DNA of 64,000 nucleotides from a virus. Its lineage: Duplodnaviria; Caudoviricetes. The stretch spans positions 192,001-256,000 of the IMG/VR virus record IMGVR_UViG_3300023053_000001; one strand, written 5' to 3'. The position numbers were made by a program, and so were the translations under genes. Under the pieces are notes generated by a model. The model did not search any database. It had not been told where the DNA came from and was given only the letters and a program-made list of their open reading frames with translations. This document shows positions 1 to 7,592 of this stretch, piece by piece (positions within the stretch are counted from its first letter, which is position 1; each line of letters opens with the position of its first letter).

Positions 1-21
1 TACGTTCGCGGCTCGCTGATC

Positions 22-228
22 ATGACTCTTCAGACCCTGAAGGATCGCCTGACGGGTGAGCAGACGCAGGCGCTGTTTGATGCACATCAGTGGATGGACC
101 GGGTGGAAAACCGCATCATGGGCGTGACCACGCATGCTGGACTGCAGGAACAGTTTGACCTGATGAACTTCCGTCAGGCCGAGCTGAGTGAGAATATCTT
201 CCCTGAACTGCATCAGAAGCCGGCATGA
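22..228 (+). CDS. hypothetical protein (68 aa)
   Basis: ATG start, phage-like codon usage, stop overlaps next start (ATGA at 225-228). Confidence 0.6.
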   Translation: MTLQTLKDRLTGEQTQALFDAHQWMDRVENRIMGVTTHAGLQEQFDLMNFRQAELSENIFPELHQKPA

Positions 229-650
229 TCACGCTGCAACATTTCCAGACGGACGCGCTCTACCAATACCTGGCTCAGGAAATGATGCTCGAGAGCGACG
301 ACGTTGATCGCGACGTGCTCTGCGTGCCGGCAAACATGCTCGGTCGCTGGGCTCCTTTCGCCATCATCTTCGAAGGGCGCCTGGCCGGGTTTGTCTGTTT
401 CGATATGGAGCAGCGCTATCTGGCCATGCTCTATGTCAACCCTGCGTTCCGGGGTAACGGAATTGCCCAGTTCGTTATTCGCCTACTCCAGCCCACATGG
501 CTGGATGTCAAGCCCAATAACTTGCTGGCCCGCAAGCTGTATGAACGACTGGGGTATGTCGTAGCGCCGCACCAACCTTTCTCACAACGCGTGCGTTACT
601 TCCACTTCAGTCATCCGGAGATTTATGGAAAAGCAACGAACCCCGCTTGA
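225..650 (+). CDS. GNAT-family N-acetyltransferase
   Basis: Motif A LYVNPAFRGNGIA (acetyl-CoA loop) and motif B VKPNNLLARKLYERLGY. Confidence 0.8.
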   Translation: MITLQHFQTDALYQYLAQEMMLESDDVDRDVLCVPANMLGRWAPFAIIFEGRLAGFVCFDMEQRYLAMLYVNPAFRGNGIAQFVIRLLQPTWLDVKPNNLLARKLYERLGYVVAPHQPFSQRVRYFHFSHPEIYGKATNPA

Positions 651-984
651 AGAGCAGAAGATCCACTTCGAGGCCATCGTCACCCTGATCCAGTCGGCTG
701 AGAAAGTGATCGAGCGTGCCGAGCATCTCAAGGACGGCTTCAACCACAAGCCGTTTGCCGAGATGGTCGATGCCAACGTCAACGTGCTGCGTGCACAGGC
801 AGATGTACTGCGACCGCTGCTGGATAGCAAAACCGTGCTGAGCCTGCAGCAGATGCTCTTCATCCGCGAGTCGGCAGCCACGGTACGTCGCTGCATGGAA
901 CAGTTGGATACCAACATCACGCTGATGACCCAGCATCGCAACTCCAAGATGATCAACATCGGGGGTCTGGGCAATGGTCGCTGA
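625..984 (+). CDS. hypothetical helical protein (119 aa), probable paralog of the next two genes
   Basis: Amphipathic helical pattern; C-terminal LFI..S...V motif shared with 1297..1638. Confidence 0.7.
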   Translation: MEKQRTPLEEQKIHFEAIVTLIQSAEKVIERAEHLKDGFNHKPFAEMVDANVNVLRAQADVLRPLLDSKTVLSLQQMLFIRESAATVRRCMEQLDTNITLMTQHRNSKMINIGGLGNGR

Positions 985-1294
985 GCGTTTCGGTAAGCTC
1001 AACGAGGATGAGCAGACCAAACTCCACCTGATGTTGTTTGAGAACACGCTCGTCGCATTGGAAGCCATGCATGGCATGATGGACCTGTGTCTGTTCATCG
1101 GTCGCGTTCCGTTACTGCGACGTGGGAAGGCCCGTGTGTTTATCGCGCAGGTCAACACCGAGCTGGAGTGGGTACGTAACCTGAAGATGCTCACGGCCCA
1201 TCAGCAGTTCAGTGCCAGCGACTTGAACGATCTGGATCGCTCGACCAGTAAGGCCAACGCCGCAATGAAATCCTTCCGCGATCTGATGAGGTAA
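974..1294 (+). CDS. hypothetical helical protein (106 aa)
   Basis: Overlaps upstream gene; N-terminus aligns without gaps to 1297..1638. Confidence 0.75.
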   Translation: MVAERFGKLNEDEQTKLHLMLFENTLVALEAMHGMMDLCLFIGRVPLLRRGKARVFIAQVNTELEWVRNLKMLTAHQQFSASDLNDLDRSTSKANAAMKSFRDLMR

Positions 1295-1296
1295 AC

Positions 1297-1638
1297 ATGT
1301 CTGGAGTATTTTCCGCTCTCGGTGAAAAGCAGCAAGCCGAGCTGTGTCAGCTGCTGTTCCATTCCACGATCGACAAGATCAAGATGATGAAGGTCTGCGT
1401 GCGCATGCATAGTGCGCTCGTCAACGCCGGGATGAAGCCGCCTGCCGATGCAGTAAACCTCGAGAAGCTGGTCTCGGTAACCCGGGTGCTCAACCATCAG
1501 GAAGATGCGCTCAAGCACTATCGGCGCAAGTCGCAGGAGGGCGCCCTCACTGACGATGATGCCCTGTTCATCGCTACGGCGATCAGCAACGTCGATATGG
1601 CTATCAACAAGCTGAGCGAAGTGCTGGCCGCAGAGTAG
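1297..1638 (+). CDS. hypothetical helical protein (113 aa)
   Basis: RBS-like gagg upstream; paralog of 974..1294. Confidence 0.75.
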   Translation: MSGVFSALGEKQQAELCQLLFHSTIDKIKMMKVCVRMHSALVNAGMKPPADAVNLEKLVSVTRVLNHQEDALKHYRRKSQEGALTDDDALFIATAISNVDMAINKLSEVLAAE

Positions 1639-1656
1639 ATTCAAAAAAACTTGGGA

Positions 1657-1674
1657 CACACATCATCCATGAGT
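1657..1674 (+). promoter_or_regulatory. putative phage early-type promoter motif CACACATCATCCATGAGT
   Basis: 15/18 identical to 35088-35105; intergenic, preceded by an A-tract. Confidence 0.6.
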
Positions 1675-1810
1675 CAAGGCTATTGATAATAGCTGCGGCA
1701 GATCTGCTGTAAACACCGCGTCAACATCTGGGTGAAAAAATAAACCGCTACCTGCTGGTATGCGGTAACGCCCGCACACATTTCCGCAACGAACCACGAG
1801 AATCGCACCC

Positions 1811-2293
1811 ATGAGCAAGAAAGAAGTCGTCACCCGCGAAAGCCTGGACGTCAACGATGCAATCGGCAAGCTGGCCGACGTCATGAAGAGCCACGCCACT
1901 GTCGATGCCAGCGGCTCGCTGACCATCAACAAGGACGCGGCTACCGCCCTGCTGGACGCCGGCGGCAACTCCGCTGCCGAGCAGAAGAAGCAGCAGGACT
2001 ACAACAGCCACTTCACCAGCGCCGCCCACCTGACCCTGGTGGAACTGGGCGTGCCGCACCTGGCCAAGCACCCGGAGCTGAAGGAAGTGTCCATCGTGGT
2101 CAACAACGGCCGCGACCAGGTGTCGGCCGTGCTGAGCCGCGAGACCAGCAACCGCAACCCGGCCACCGGCGAAACCACCGTGGTCAACGGCGCCATCCGT
2201 GGCAAGTACCGTTCCTTCGGTTCGACCAACAGCCGCGGCGACCTGAAGAAGGTCGGCGACTACGGCAAGCGCCTGGCCGATTCCCTGCTGTAA
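1811..2293 (+). CDS. divergent HU/IHF-like DNA-binding protein (160 aa)
   Basis: SRETSNRNPATGETTVV resembles the HU beta-arm tip (R..RNP.TGE); strong high-expression codon bias; own promoter motif and terminator hairpin. Confidence 0.65.
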   Translation: MSKKEVVTRESLDVNDAIGKLADVMKSHATVDASGSLTINKDAATALLDAGGNSAAEQKKQQDYNSHFTSAAHLTLVELGVPHLAKHPELKEVSIVVNNGRDQVSAVLSRETSNRNPATGETTVVNGAIRGKYRSFGSTNSRGDLKKVGDYGKRLADSLL

Positions 2294-2312
2294 TTCACCA
2301 GCGCCGGCCTGT

Positions 2313-2342
2313 CGGACTCCGCTCCTTCGGGAGCGGAGTCCG
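2313..2342 (+). terminator. hairpin, 13-bp perfect stem with TTCG loop
   Basis: CGGACTCCGCTCC-TTCG-GGAGCGGAGTCCG just after the HU-like gene; weak U-tract. Confidence 0.7.
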
Positions 2343-2381
2343 CTACTGACCCCTTATCATTTTAGTCGAAGGACTCTGCGC

Positions 2382-2879
2382 ATGCCGCACAGCCGTGGCC
2401 CCTTGAGGGCATCGCACACCCTGCCGTTCCCGGTGGAAGATCTGGACGAGTTCATCCGTCAGGTCGACTCACTGCCGACCGGTGTGGACAACATCTCCAT
2501 GTCTGAAGAGACGGTGGAGGGTCGGCAGATGGTTCGCCTGTATGCCGAAAGCGGTAACTGGCCCGACGAGGTGGATCTTCCGGATCTGATTTCGTCGCAC
2601 CTGCCGCAAAACGAGATTGCCGTCGTCGTCTCCACCAATATCGATGACGCCGCGCACTCGGATGTTTCCTTGGTCGCTATCGACAATAGCGGCGAGACGA
2701 TGCACAGCAGTTTCGAAGACATGGTCACCGACTTCCAGGACTCGGCGCGTACGCTGGGTATGGGTGGCGGCTTCCGTCAGCCGGTGCTGGTGGAAGAAGT
2801 CGACGTTCTCTCTGTCGAGGATGAAGATGATGACGGTGCCCCCGAACCGGAACTGCCGGTCGAAGACGACGACGAATAA
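2382..2879 (+). CDS. acidic hypothetical protein, paralog family with 4267 and 4683
   Basis: TLPFPVEDLDEF...GNW...HLPQNE motifs; D/E-rich tail. Confidence 0.75.
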   Translation: MPHSRGPLRASHTLPFPVEDLDEFIRQVDSLPTGVDNISMSEETVEGRQMVRLYAESGNWPDEVDLPDLISSHLPQNEIAVVVSTNIDDAAHSDVSLVAIDNSGETMHSSFEDMVTDFQDSARTLGMGGGFRQPVLVEEVDVLSVEDEDDDGAPEPELPVEDDDE

Positions 2880-2895
2880 CCAATAGGAGCGGACA

Positions 2896-3267
2896 GTGGA
2901 ACTGTTTACTATCAAGCTGGGTAGGCAACTCGGCTACCAAGCTCAGCGAGCAGGCATCACCGTGGTGGACTCTACCGTCAAAGGGAAGTCTCTGCTGTTC
3001 GCTCCGACCTGGGACATCGTCATGGGACACAAGAACGGCACTGTCTCCGATCAGGAGTACCGTGACGTTTACTTGGCCAAGATGCGTCAGAGTTGGATCG
3101 ACCATCGGGCTGCGTGGGAAGAGTTCCTGCGCCAAGACGGCTGGGTAGCCATCGGGTGTTATTGCGACCCCGGATGCTTCTGCCACCGCCTGATCCTTGT
3201 CGAGCTTTTTGAGATGCTGTGCAAGAAGCTGGACATCCCCTTTACGTACTACGGTGAGTTTCAATGA
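2896..3267 (+). CDS. DUF488-like protein
   Basis: GTG start with GGAG RBS; APTW..VM..K.G, Y...Y..KM and CYC..G.FCHR motifs typical of phage DUF488 proteins. Confidence 0.75.
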   Translation: MELFTIKLGRQLGYQAQRAGITVVDSTVKGKSLLFAPTWDIVMGHKNGTVSDQEYRDVYLAKMRQSWIDHRAAWEEFLRQDGWVAIGCYCDPGCFCHRLILVELFEMLCKKLDIPFTYYGEFQ

Positions 3268-3626
3268 GCAAAGCCTCCAACACCGCAAAGACGCTCAGCG
3301 AACGAGTCCACGAAGCAGTCCGTGCGGAGATCGCACGCTGCCTGAAGAAACTGCCTGAGCTGAGCAAGCTGAAGGTCGATGACGTGTTTACCTCGTTACC
3401 GGCAGCAGCTATGGTGCATATCCACCTGACTGGCACGGACACGCCCGTGCAGGTTACGTGGTATCGCCACAACAACCTGATCAATGTCAACCTCCGTGAT
3501 GAACGTAAGTTCGACGGACTTGACTACACGCTGTCGCTGGGCGAGATCGTCCCGGCGGCAATTGCAGCCAAACACCTCAAGCTGAACAACGCTGCCGCTA
3601 CGGCCGCCATTGCGCGTATGCGCTGA
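3264..3626 (+). CDS. hypothetical protein (120 aa)
   Basis: ATGA overlap with upstream gene; typical codon usage. Confidence 0.7.
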   Translation: MSKASNTAKTLSERVHEAVRAEIARCLKKLPELSKLKVDDVFTSLPAAAMVHIHLTGTDTPVQVTWYRHNNLINVNLRDERKFDGLDYTLSLGEIVPAAIAAKHLKLNNAAATAAIARMR

Positions 3627-3636
3627 GATCAACATC

Positions 3637-3978
3637 ATGCCGAAGAAAGGTTCTATCAATCCCCCCAAGAACGACGTCCGCTACAAGGAAGTCGTCGATC
3701 AATCCACCGGTGAAGTTGAGCGCCTGGACATCTACGTCAACGGCCGCTACGTCACCTCGCAGGATGACCCGGCCGATGCACGTCAGATGGCCGAAGCATT
3801 CCGCCGTCCGGCCAAGGGCGGTTACACGGTCCGTCCCAACGGACTGCAGTCGGACATCATCAACCAGGCCACCGGCAGCTGCAAGGGCAGCTACGGTAAC
3901 GAAGACACGGCCTGGAAGGTGGTCAACAAACTCAACAAGATGGCGGGCTATGAACAGCACGATCCCCGGAACCCTTGA
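3637..3978 (+). CDS. hypothetical protein (113 aa)
   Basis: Start moved to the ATG after the upstream stop; two similar strand-strand-helix segments. Confidence 0.65.
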   Translation: MPKKGSINPPKNDVRYKEVVDQSTGEVERLDIYVNGRYVTSQDDPADARQMAEAFRRPAKGGYTVRPNGLQSDIINQATGSCKGSYGNEDTAWKVVNKLNKMAGYEQHDPRNP

Positions 3979-4252
3979 TCGCCAGATTGGCGACATCGCC
4001 TTTCTGAACACGGAAGTATCCAATTCGGGTACCGTGCTCACTGCAGCTGGCGAAGTCGGCCACTGCAGTCGCGATAACTTCGACGCAGTGGTCCAAACCC
4101 TGCGTTCGGGTCTCAGCTACAGCGACGTGCTGGCCGTGTCCATTCGCGGCTGTAACGTGCGCCGTGTTGAAGTGAGGGGTAAGTACCTCATGATCGCCAC
4201 CCAGAAACAACTTGAAAACCTCAGGAAACTTCTGAGCCCTTCGGTCGAGTAA
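3950..4252 (+). CDS. hypothetical protein (about 100 aa)
   Basis: In-frame ATG at 3950 within track ORF 3710..4252; fills the gap to the next gene. Confidence 0.55.
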   Translation: MNSTIPGTLDRQIGDIAFLNTEVSNSGTVLTAAGEVGHCSRDNFDAVVQTLRSGLSYSDVLAVSIRGCNVRRVEVRGKYLMIATQKQLENLRKLLSPSVE

Positions 4253-4266
4253 CAGGAGAGCCTTCC

Positions 4267-4686
4267 ATGGCTGTCAACATCAACAACGATCGCATCATGC
4301 CCGATTACTCGACCATGACGCGCACCTCGCAGTTCCGTGTCCGTGACATCTCCGCGTTCCGCGCGGCGCTGTCGCTGTATCCGAACATCCTCATCCACGT
4401 GGTCGACGATCATCGCGATACCGTACGTCTGACCACGCGTGATGGGACGTGGTTCACCCACTTTGATCGTGGGATGGAACTGTGCTGCGTCGATGAAATC
4501 CTCGCGGAGCATCTCCGTGAAGGTGAAATCGCACACCTCTACCTGATCGGATGTAGTGACACCGATGTCCAGTTCACGCGCTATAGCGTGGACGATCAGG
4601 GCCGCTGGAAAGCCAGCACGCGCGATGACGAAGAGTCACTCATCGCACAACAACTCCGCAACGTCAAGGTTGAAGACCACACATGA
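4267..4686 (+). CDS. hypothetical protein, paralog family with 2382 and 4683
   Basis: GGAG RBS; TSQFRVRDISAF...GTW...HLREGE motifs. Confidence 0.75.
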   Translation: MAVNINNDRIMPDYSTMTRTSQFRVRDISAFRAALSLYPNILIHVVDDHRDTVRLTTRDGTWFTHFDRGMELCCVDEILAEHLREGEIAHLYLIGCSDTDVQFTRYSVDDQGRWKASTRDDEESLIAQQLRNVKVEDHT

Positions 4687-5228
4687 ACATCGCTATCCAA
4701 GGCCTTGCCAACACCCTGCCCTTCCGTGTCACCGATCTGCGTGCGTTCATGCAGCACATCAGCCAGGTCACCGGCGTGCATGTGGTGATCATCAACGAGC
4801 TGGAAGGCCGGGTGTTCCTGGAAGGTACCCATGGTAACTGGGACCTGTACGCCACCGTGCACAACCAGTTCACCAACACGATGGAAGATGAACTGGTCGA
4901 TCTGGAGCATCTGGTCTCCTACCCCGACCCGTCCTACGTGGCTCCGCAACTGATCGAGGGCCAGAGTCCCGAGGATCTCGAGCCGGCACCGCGCATCTCC
5001 TTCCTGATCCCGGGTGAGTACGTCCTGTTCCAGTGGATGGGCGTCAAGGACGGTCATCCGTCCTCCAGTGTCTACGGCGTCAACTCCGAGATGGAGTCGG
5101 TGTCCTACAGCATGGACGAAATGATCCAGCGCGCACAGAGCGTGCTGGGTACCCCCGAACCCGGTTCGCTGCTGCGACCGCTGGAAGCTGCACCCGATTC
5201 GGACGACACGTCCGGGCCGGTGATCTAA
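4683..5228 (+). CDS. hypothetical protein, paralog family with 2382 and 4267
   Basis: ATGA overlap; TLPFRVTDLRAF...GNW...LIPGE motifs. Confidence 0.75.
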   Translation: MNIAIQGLANTLPFRVTDLRAFMQHISQVTGVHVVIINELEGRVFLEGTHGNWDLYATVHNQFTNTMEDELVDLEHLVSYPDPSYVAPQLIEGQSPEDLEPAPRISFLIPGEYVLFQWMGVKDGHPSSSVYGVNSEMESVSYSMDEMIQRAQSVLGTPEPGSLLRPLEAAPDSDDTSGPVI

Positions 5229-5233
5229 ACCAT

Positions 5234-5258
5234 TGGGGGCTGCGTTTTGCAGCCCCCA
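5234..5258 (+). terminator. GC hairpin
   Basis: TGGGGGCTGC-GTTTT-GCAGCCCCCA. Confidence 0.5.
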
Positions 5259-5278
5259 TCCCTTACAAGGAATTTTTT

Positions 5279-6097
5279 GTGTCTGTGCAGATGAAGGAAG
5301 CAGTCCACGAACTGCAAGAGAGTGAGATGTACTTGATCGGTTTTATGGCTGGGCTCTACGTCAATAACGAGTTCATCCAAAAGACCCTGGCCGAACGTTT
5401 CGACATGCACATCTCGCAACCGCTGATCGCACAGGCAGTGGCGATGTATCGTGATCTGTTCCCGCATCGCATTCGCAAGATGCTGTTGCGCTATGCCATC
5501 TTCACGTCGTCGGATTTCTTTGAGTTCGCCGCCAAAGTGATCCCGCAGGGAACTTTCACCAACGTGGCACTGCGTCCGTACCACTGCACCTTGGTGCGTC
5601 CGGCCGCTGAGCATCTGATGAAGCGACTGCGCTTCAACGACCATACCCAAGCCAAGGGCATGGCGTTGGGCGAGCTGCAGTCGGCATTGGGTGCACGACG
5701 CTTCCGTAAGTTCTGGACCACCGAAATCCCGTACCTGATGTGGATGTGGTGGGACATGAACCCGCGTGTGGAAAAGGCCAGCGTGTCTGACTTCCGTACC
5801 TTCCTCAACGAAGGTAAGCACCGCGGTTCGGTGAAACTGGATGATTATGCGTGCATGCTGCGCAACAATCTCCCCGACGAACATCCGCAGAAGAATTCCC
5901 CGTGGACGCCCATGCTGGAGTACGTCTTCCAGTTCATGCGCTTCTTGCACGATAGCAATCCCCTCGATCTTCTCTCTGTGACCAAGGACCCGGAATGGCC
6001 GACCTACGAATTACCCGCATTGATAATTCCCCCGAAGCGGCCGAAAGTGGAGGACTTCCACACTGGCGACCCGCTGATGGCTCTGCTGAACGCCTGA
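5279..6097 (+). CDS. hypothetical protein (272 aa)
   Basis: GTG at 5279 after AAGGA RBS and a hairpin; the upstream extension in the ORF track overlaps the previous gene and is unlikely. Confidence 0.7.
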   Translation: MSVQMKEAVHELQESEMYLIGFMAGLYVNNEFIQKTLAERFDMHISQPLIAQAVAMYRDLFPHRIRKMLLRYAIFTSSDFFEFAAKVIPQGTFTNVALRPYHCTLVRPAAEHLMKRLRFNDHTQAKGMALGELQSALGARRFRKFWTTEIPYLMWMWWDMNPRVEKASVSDFRTFLNEGKHRGSVKLDDYACMLRNNLPDEHPQKNSPWTPMLEYVFQFMRFLHDSNPLDLLSVTKDPEWPTYELPALIIPPKRPKVEDFHTGDPLMALLNA

Positions 6098-6552
6098 CGG
6101 TACTGGTGCCCGAACGCCTGCTGGATCTGATCGAAGGTCGTCAGTGCAAAGAGCATCTGTACAACGAGTTCGACCTGCGTGTTATCCAGATGGGTGAACG
6201 CAAGCTGGTGACGCTCGGTACGGACATCGCCGGCTTCGGCCGAGTGCAGTTCTTCCTCGGCGATCGCGCCACCACACCGACGATCGAGGACCGGGTTGCG
6301 CTCGACCTGCTGGCCATCGACGTCGGTTCGCACGGCATTCCGCTCAAACCGGAAGTGGGCACCTTCAAGCAGTCTGACGAACTCGGCTACACGGCCGCCA
6401 TCACCATCTCCGCTGATCTGGAATCGCTGGATCAACCGTTGGCGGTGGTCATTCCTGCCGATCATCCGCTGCGCGGCTGGTTCCATCCGGTCACGTGGTA
6501 CACGCTCACGGCAACCGTCCGAAAGCGTGACGCTGAACCCGAACCGGCATAA
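5995..6552 (+). CDS. hypothetical protein (start uncertain, probably near 6100)
   Basis: Fills the gap to the terminator with coding-like codon usage from about 6100. Confidence 0.55.
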   Translation: MADLRITRIDNSPEAAESGGLPHWRPADGSAERLTVLVPERLLDLIEGRQCKEHLYNEFDLRVIQMGERKLVTLGTDIAGFGRVQFFLGDRATTPTIEDRVALDLLAIDVGSHGIPLKPEVGTFKQSDELGYTAAITISADLESLDQPLAVVIPADHPLRGWFHPVTWYTLTATVRKRDAEPEPA

Positions 6553-6559
6553 GTACATT

Positions 6560-6605
6560 CCCCTCCTCCCATTACGGGAGGAGGGGTGTATGCCCTTTCT
6601 TTTTT
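6560..6605 (+). terminator. intrinsic terminator with TATGCC
   Basis: CCCCTCCTCCC/GGGAGGAGGGG stem, then TGTATGCCCTTTCTTTTT. Confidence 0.8.
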
Positions 6606-6610
6606 GGGTT

Positions 6611-6650
6611 GACGGCATAAAAGGAGTGGGGCCCCCGAAGGGGCCCCACA
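6611..6650 (-). terminator. terminator of the sheath-tube operon with TATGCCGTC
   Basis: GTGGGGCCCCC/GGGGGCCCCAC stem, then (minus strand) TCCTTTTATGCCGTC. Confidence 0.8.
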
Positions 6651-6681
6651 CCACGGTCCAAGGGTAGCGGCCTTGGATTGA

Positions 6682-7539
6682 TCAGACCAGCTCGCCTGCG
6701 ACCTTGTCCAGGCCACCGGCGTAACCGGAGTTGTACGGCGCCACGTCCGCGTCCACGCCGTCCAGGAATGCCTTCTGGCGGTTCGGGTCGAGACCAGTCA
6801 GGTTCATGCGGTCGTAGATGGCCTGGGCCAGCTGACGCACGCCGTAGCCGTGCTGGTAGATGCCGGTGAACTCGATGTTCAGCTCGGAGCCTTCGCCAGC
6901 CTGCGACATGTCGCGACGGCCGGTGATGTCGCCGGTGGACTTCGGGAACATGTTCGTGCCGAGCCAGGCTTCCAGCACCTTGGTGCAGGTCGGATCGGGC
7001 TCGAAGAACAGCACGGACATGCCGTAGAAGTCCGGCAGCAGATCGGTCGGAGCAGCCGAACCACGGGACACCACGGCCGGGGCCTTGGTGATCGGGTCCA
7101 TGATCAGGTTGATGATCCACTCGCGCAGGAAGTGCGAGATCGGCTTGCCGTAACGGTCCTTCCAGGTGAAGGAGACCTGCGAACGCGTACGAGTCACGTT
7201 CGACGGATCTTCCTGCACTTCGCCGCCGCCGCCGAAGTTGGTTTCGACGGTGTCGACGTTCAGGCCGCCCTGCAGACCTTCGATGGTCAGCGGCTGCACC
7301 TCGACCAGAGCCTTGAGGGCTTCGATCCACTTGGACGGCTGGTCCATCAGGCGGAAGCCACGCGGGGCTTCGAGCACGACGGCGATCAGGTTCTTGCGAA
7401 CGTACGCGGTGGACGACAGGTAGCTGTCGAAGTGCACCGACGCACCATGCTGGCCGCCCTTGTTCAGGTCAACCATCGGCGCAGTGACCTTCTGGCCATA
7501 CGCCTGCTGACTCAGCAGGGTGTCTTTCAAACGCGCCAT
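6682..7539 (-). CDS. tail tube protein (phiKZ gp30-like)
   Basis: 285 aa, directly downstream of the sheath gene, strong codon bias; size and position match the phiKZ-type tube. Confidence 0.8.
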   Translation of the reverse strand: MARLKDTLLSQQAYGQKVTAPMVDLNKGGQHGASVHFDSYLSSTAYVRKNLIAVVLEAPRGFRLMDQPSKWIEALKALVEVQPLTIEGLQGGLNVDTVETNFGGGGEVQEDPSNVTRTRSQVSFTWKDRYGKPISHFLREWIINLIMDPITKAPAVVSRGSAAPTDLLPDFYGMSVLFFEPDPTCTKVLEAWLGTNMFPKSTGDITGRRDMSQAGEGSELNIEFTGIYQHGYGVRQLAQAIYDRMNLTGLDPNRQKAFLDGVDADVAPYNSGYAGGLDKVAGELV

Positions 7540-7592
7540 GGCGTTATCTCCTCAGTGAAACTGTTGATGAGGGATCTGAATGGAGCGCGGCA

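Noticed and set aside
5033-5278. N-terminal extension of the 354-aa track ORF
   Set aside because: Overlaps the upstream gene and crosses a hairpin; an RBS supports GTG 5279. The same reasoning was applied to 28789, 29538, 33238, 50185 and 60709.
5279-6097. HTH-like segment IQKTLAERFDMHISQPLIAQAV
   Set aside because: Too short and degenerate to call a DNA-binding domain without a profile search.
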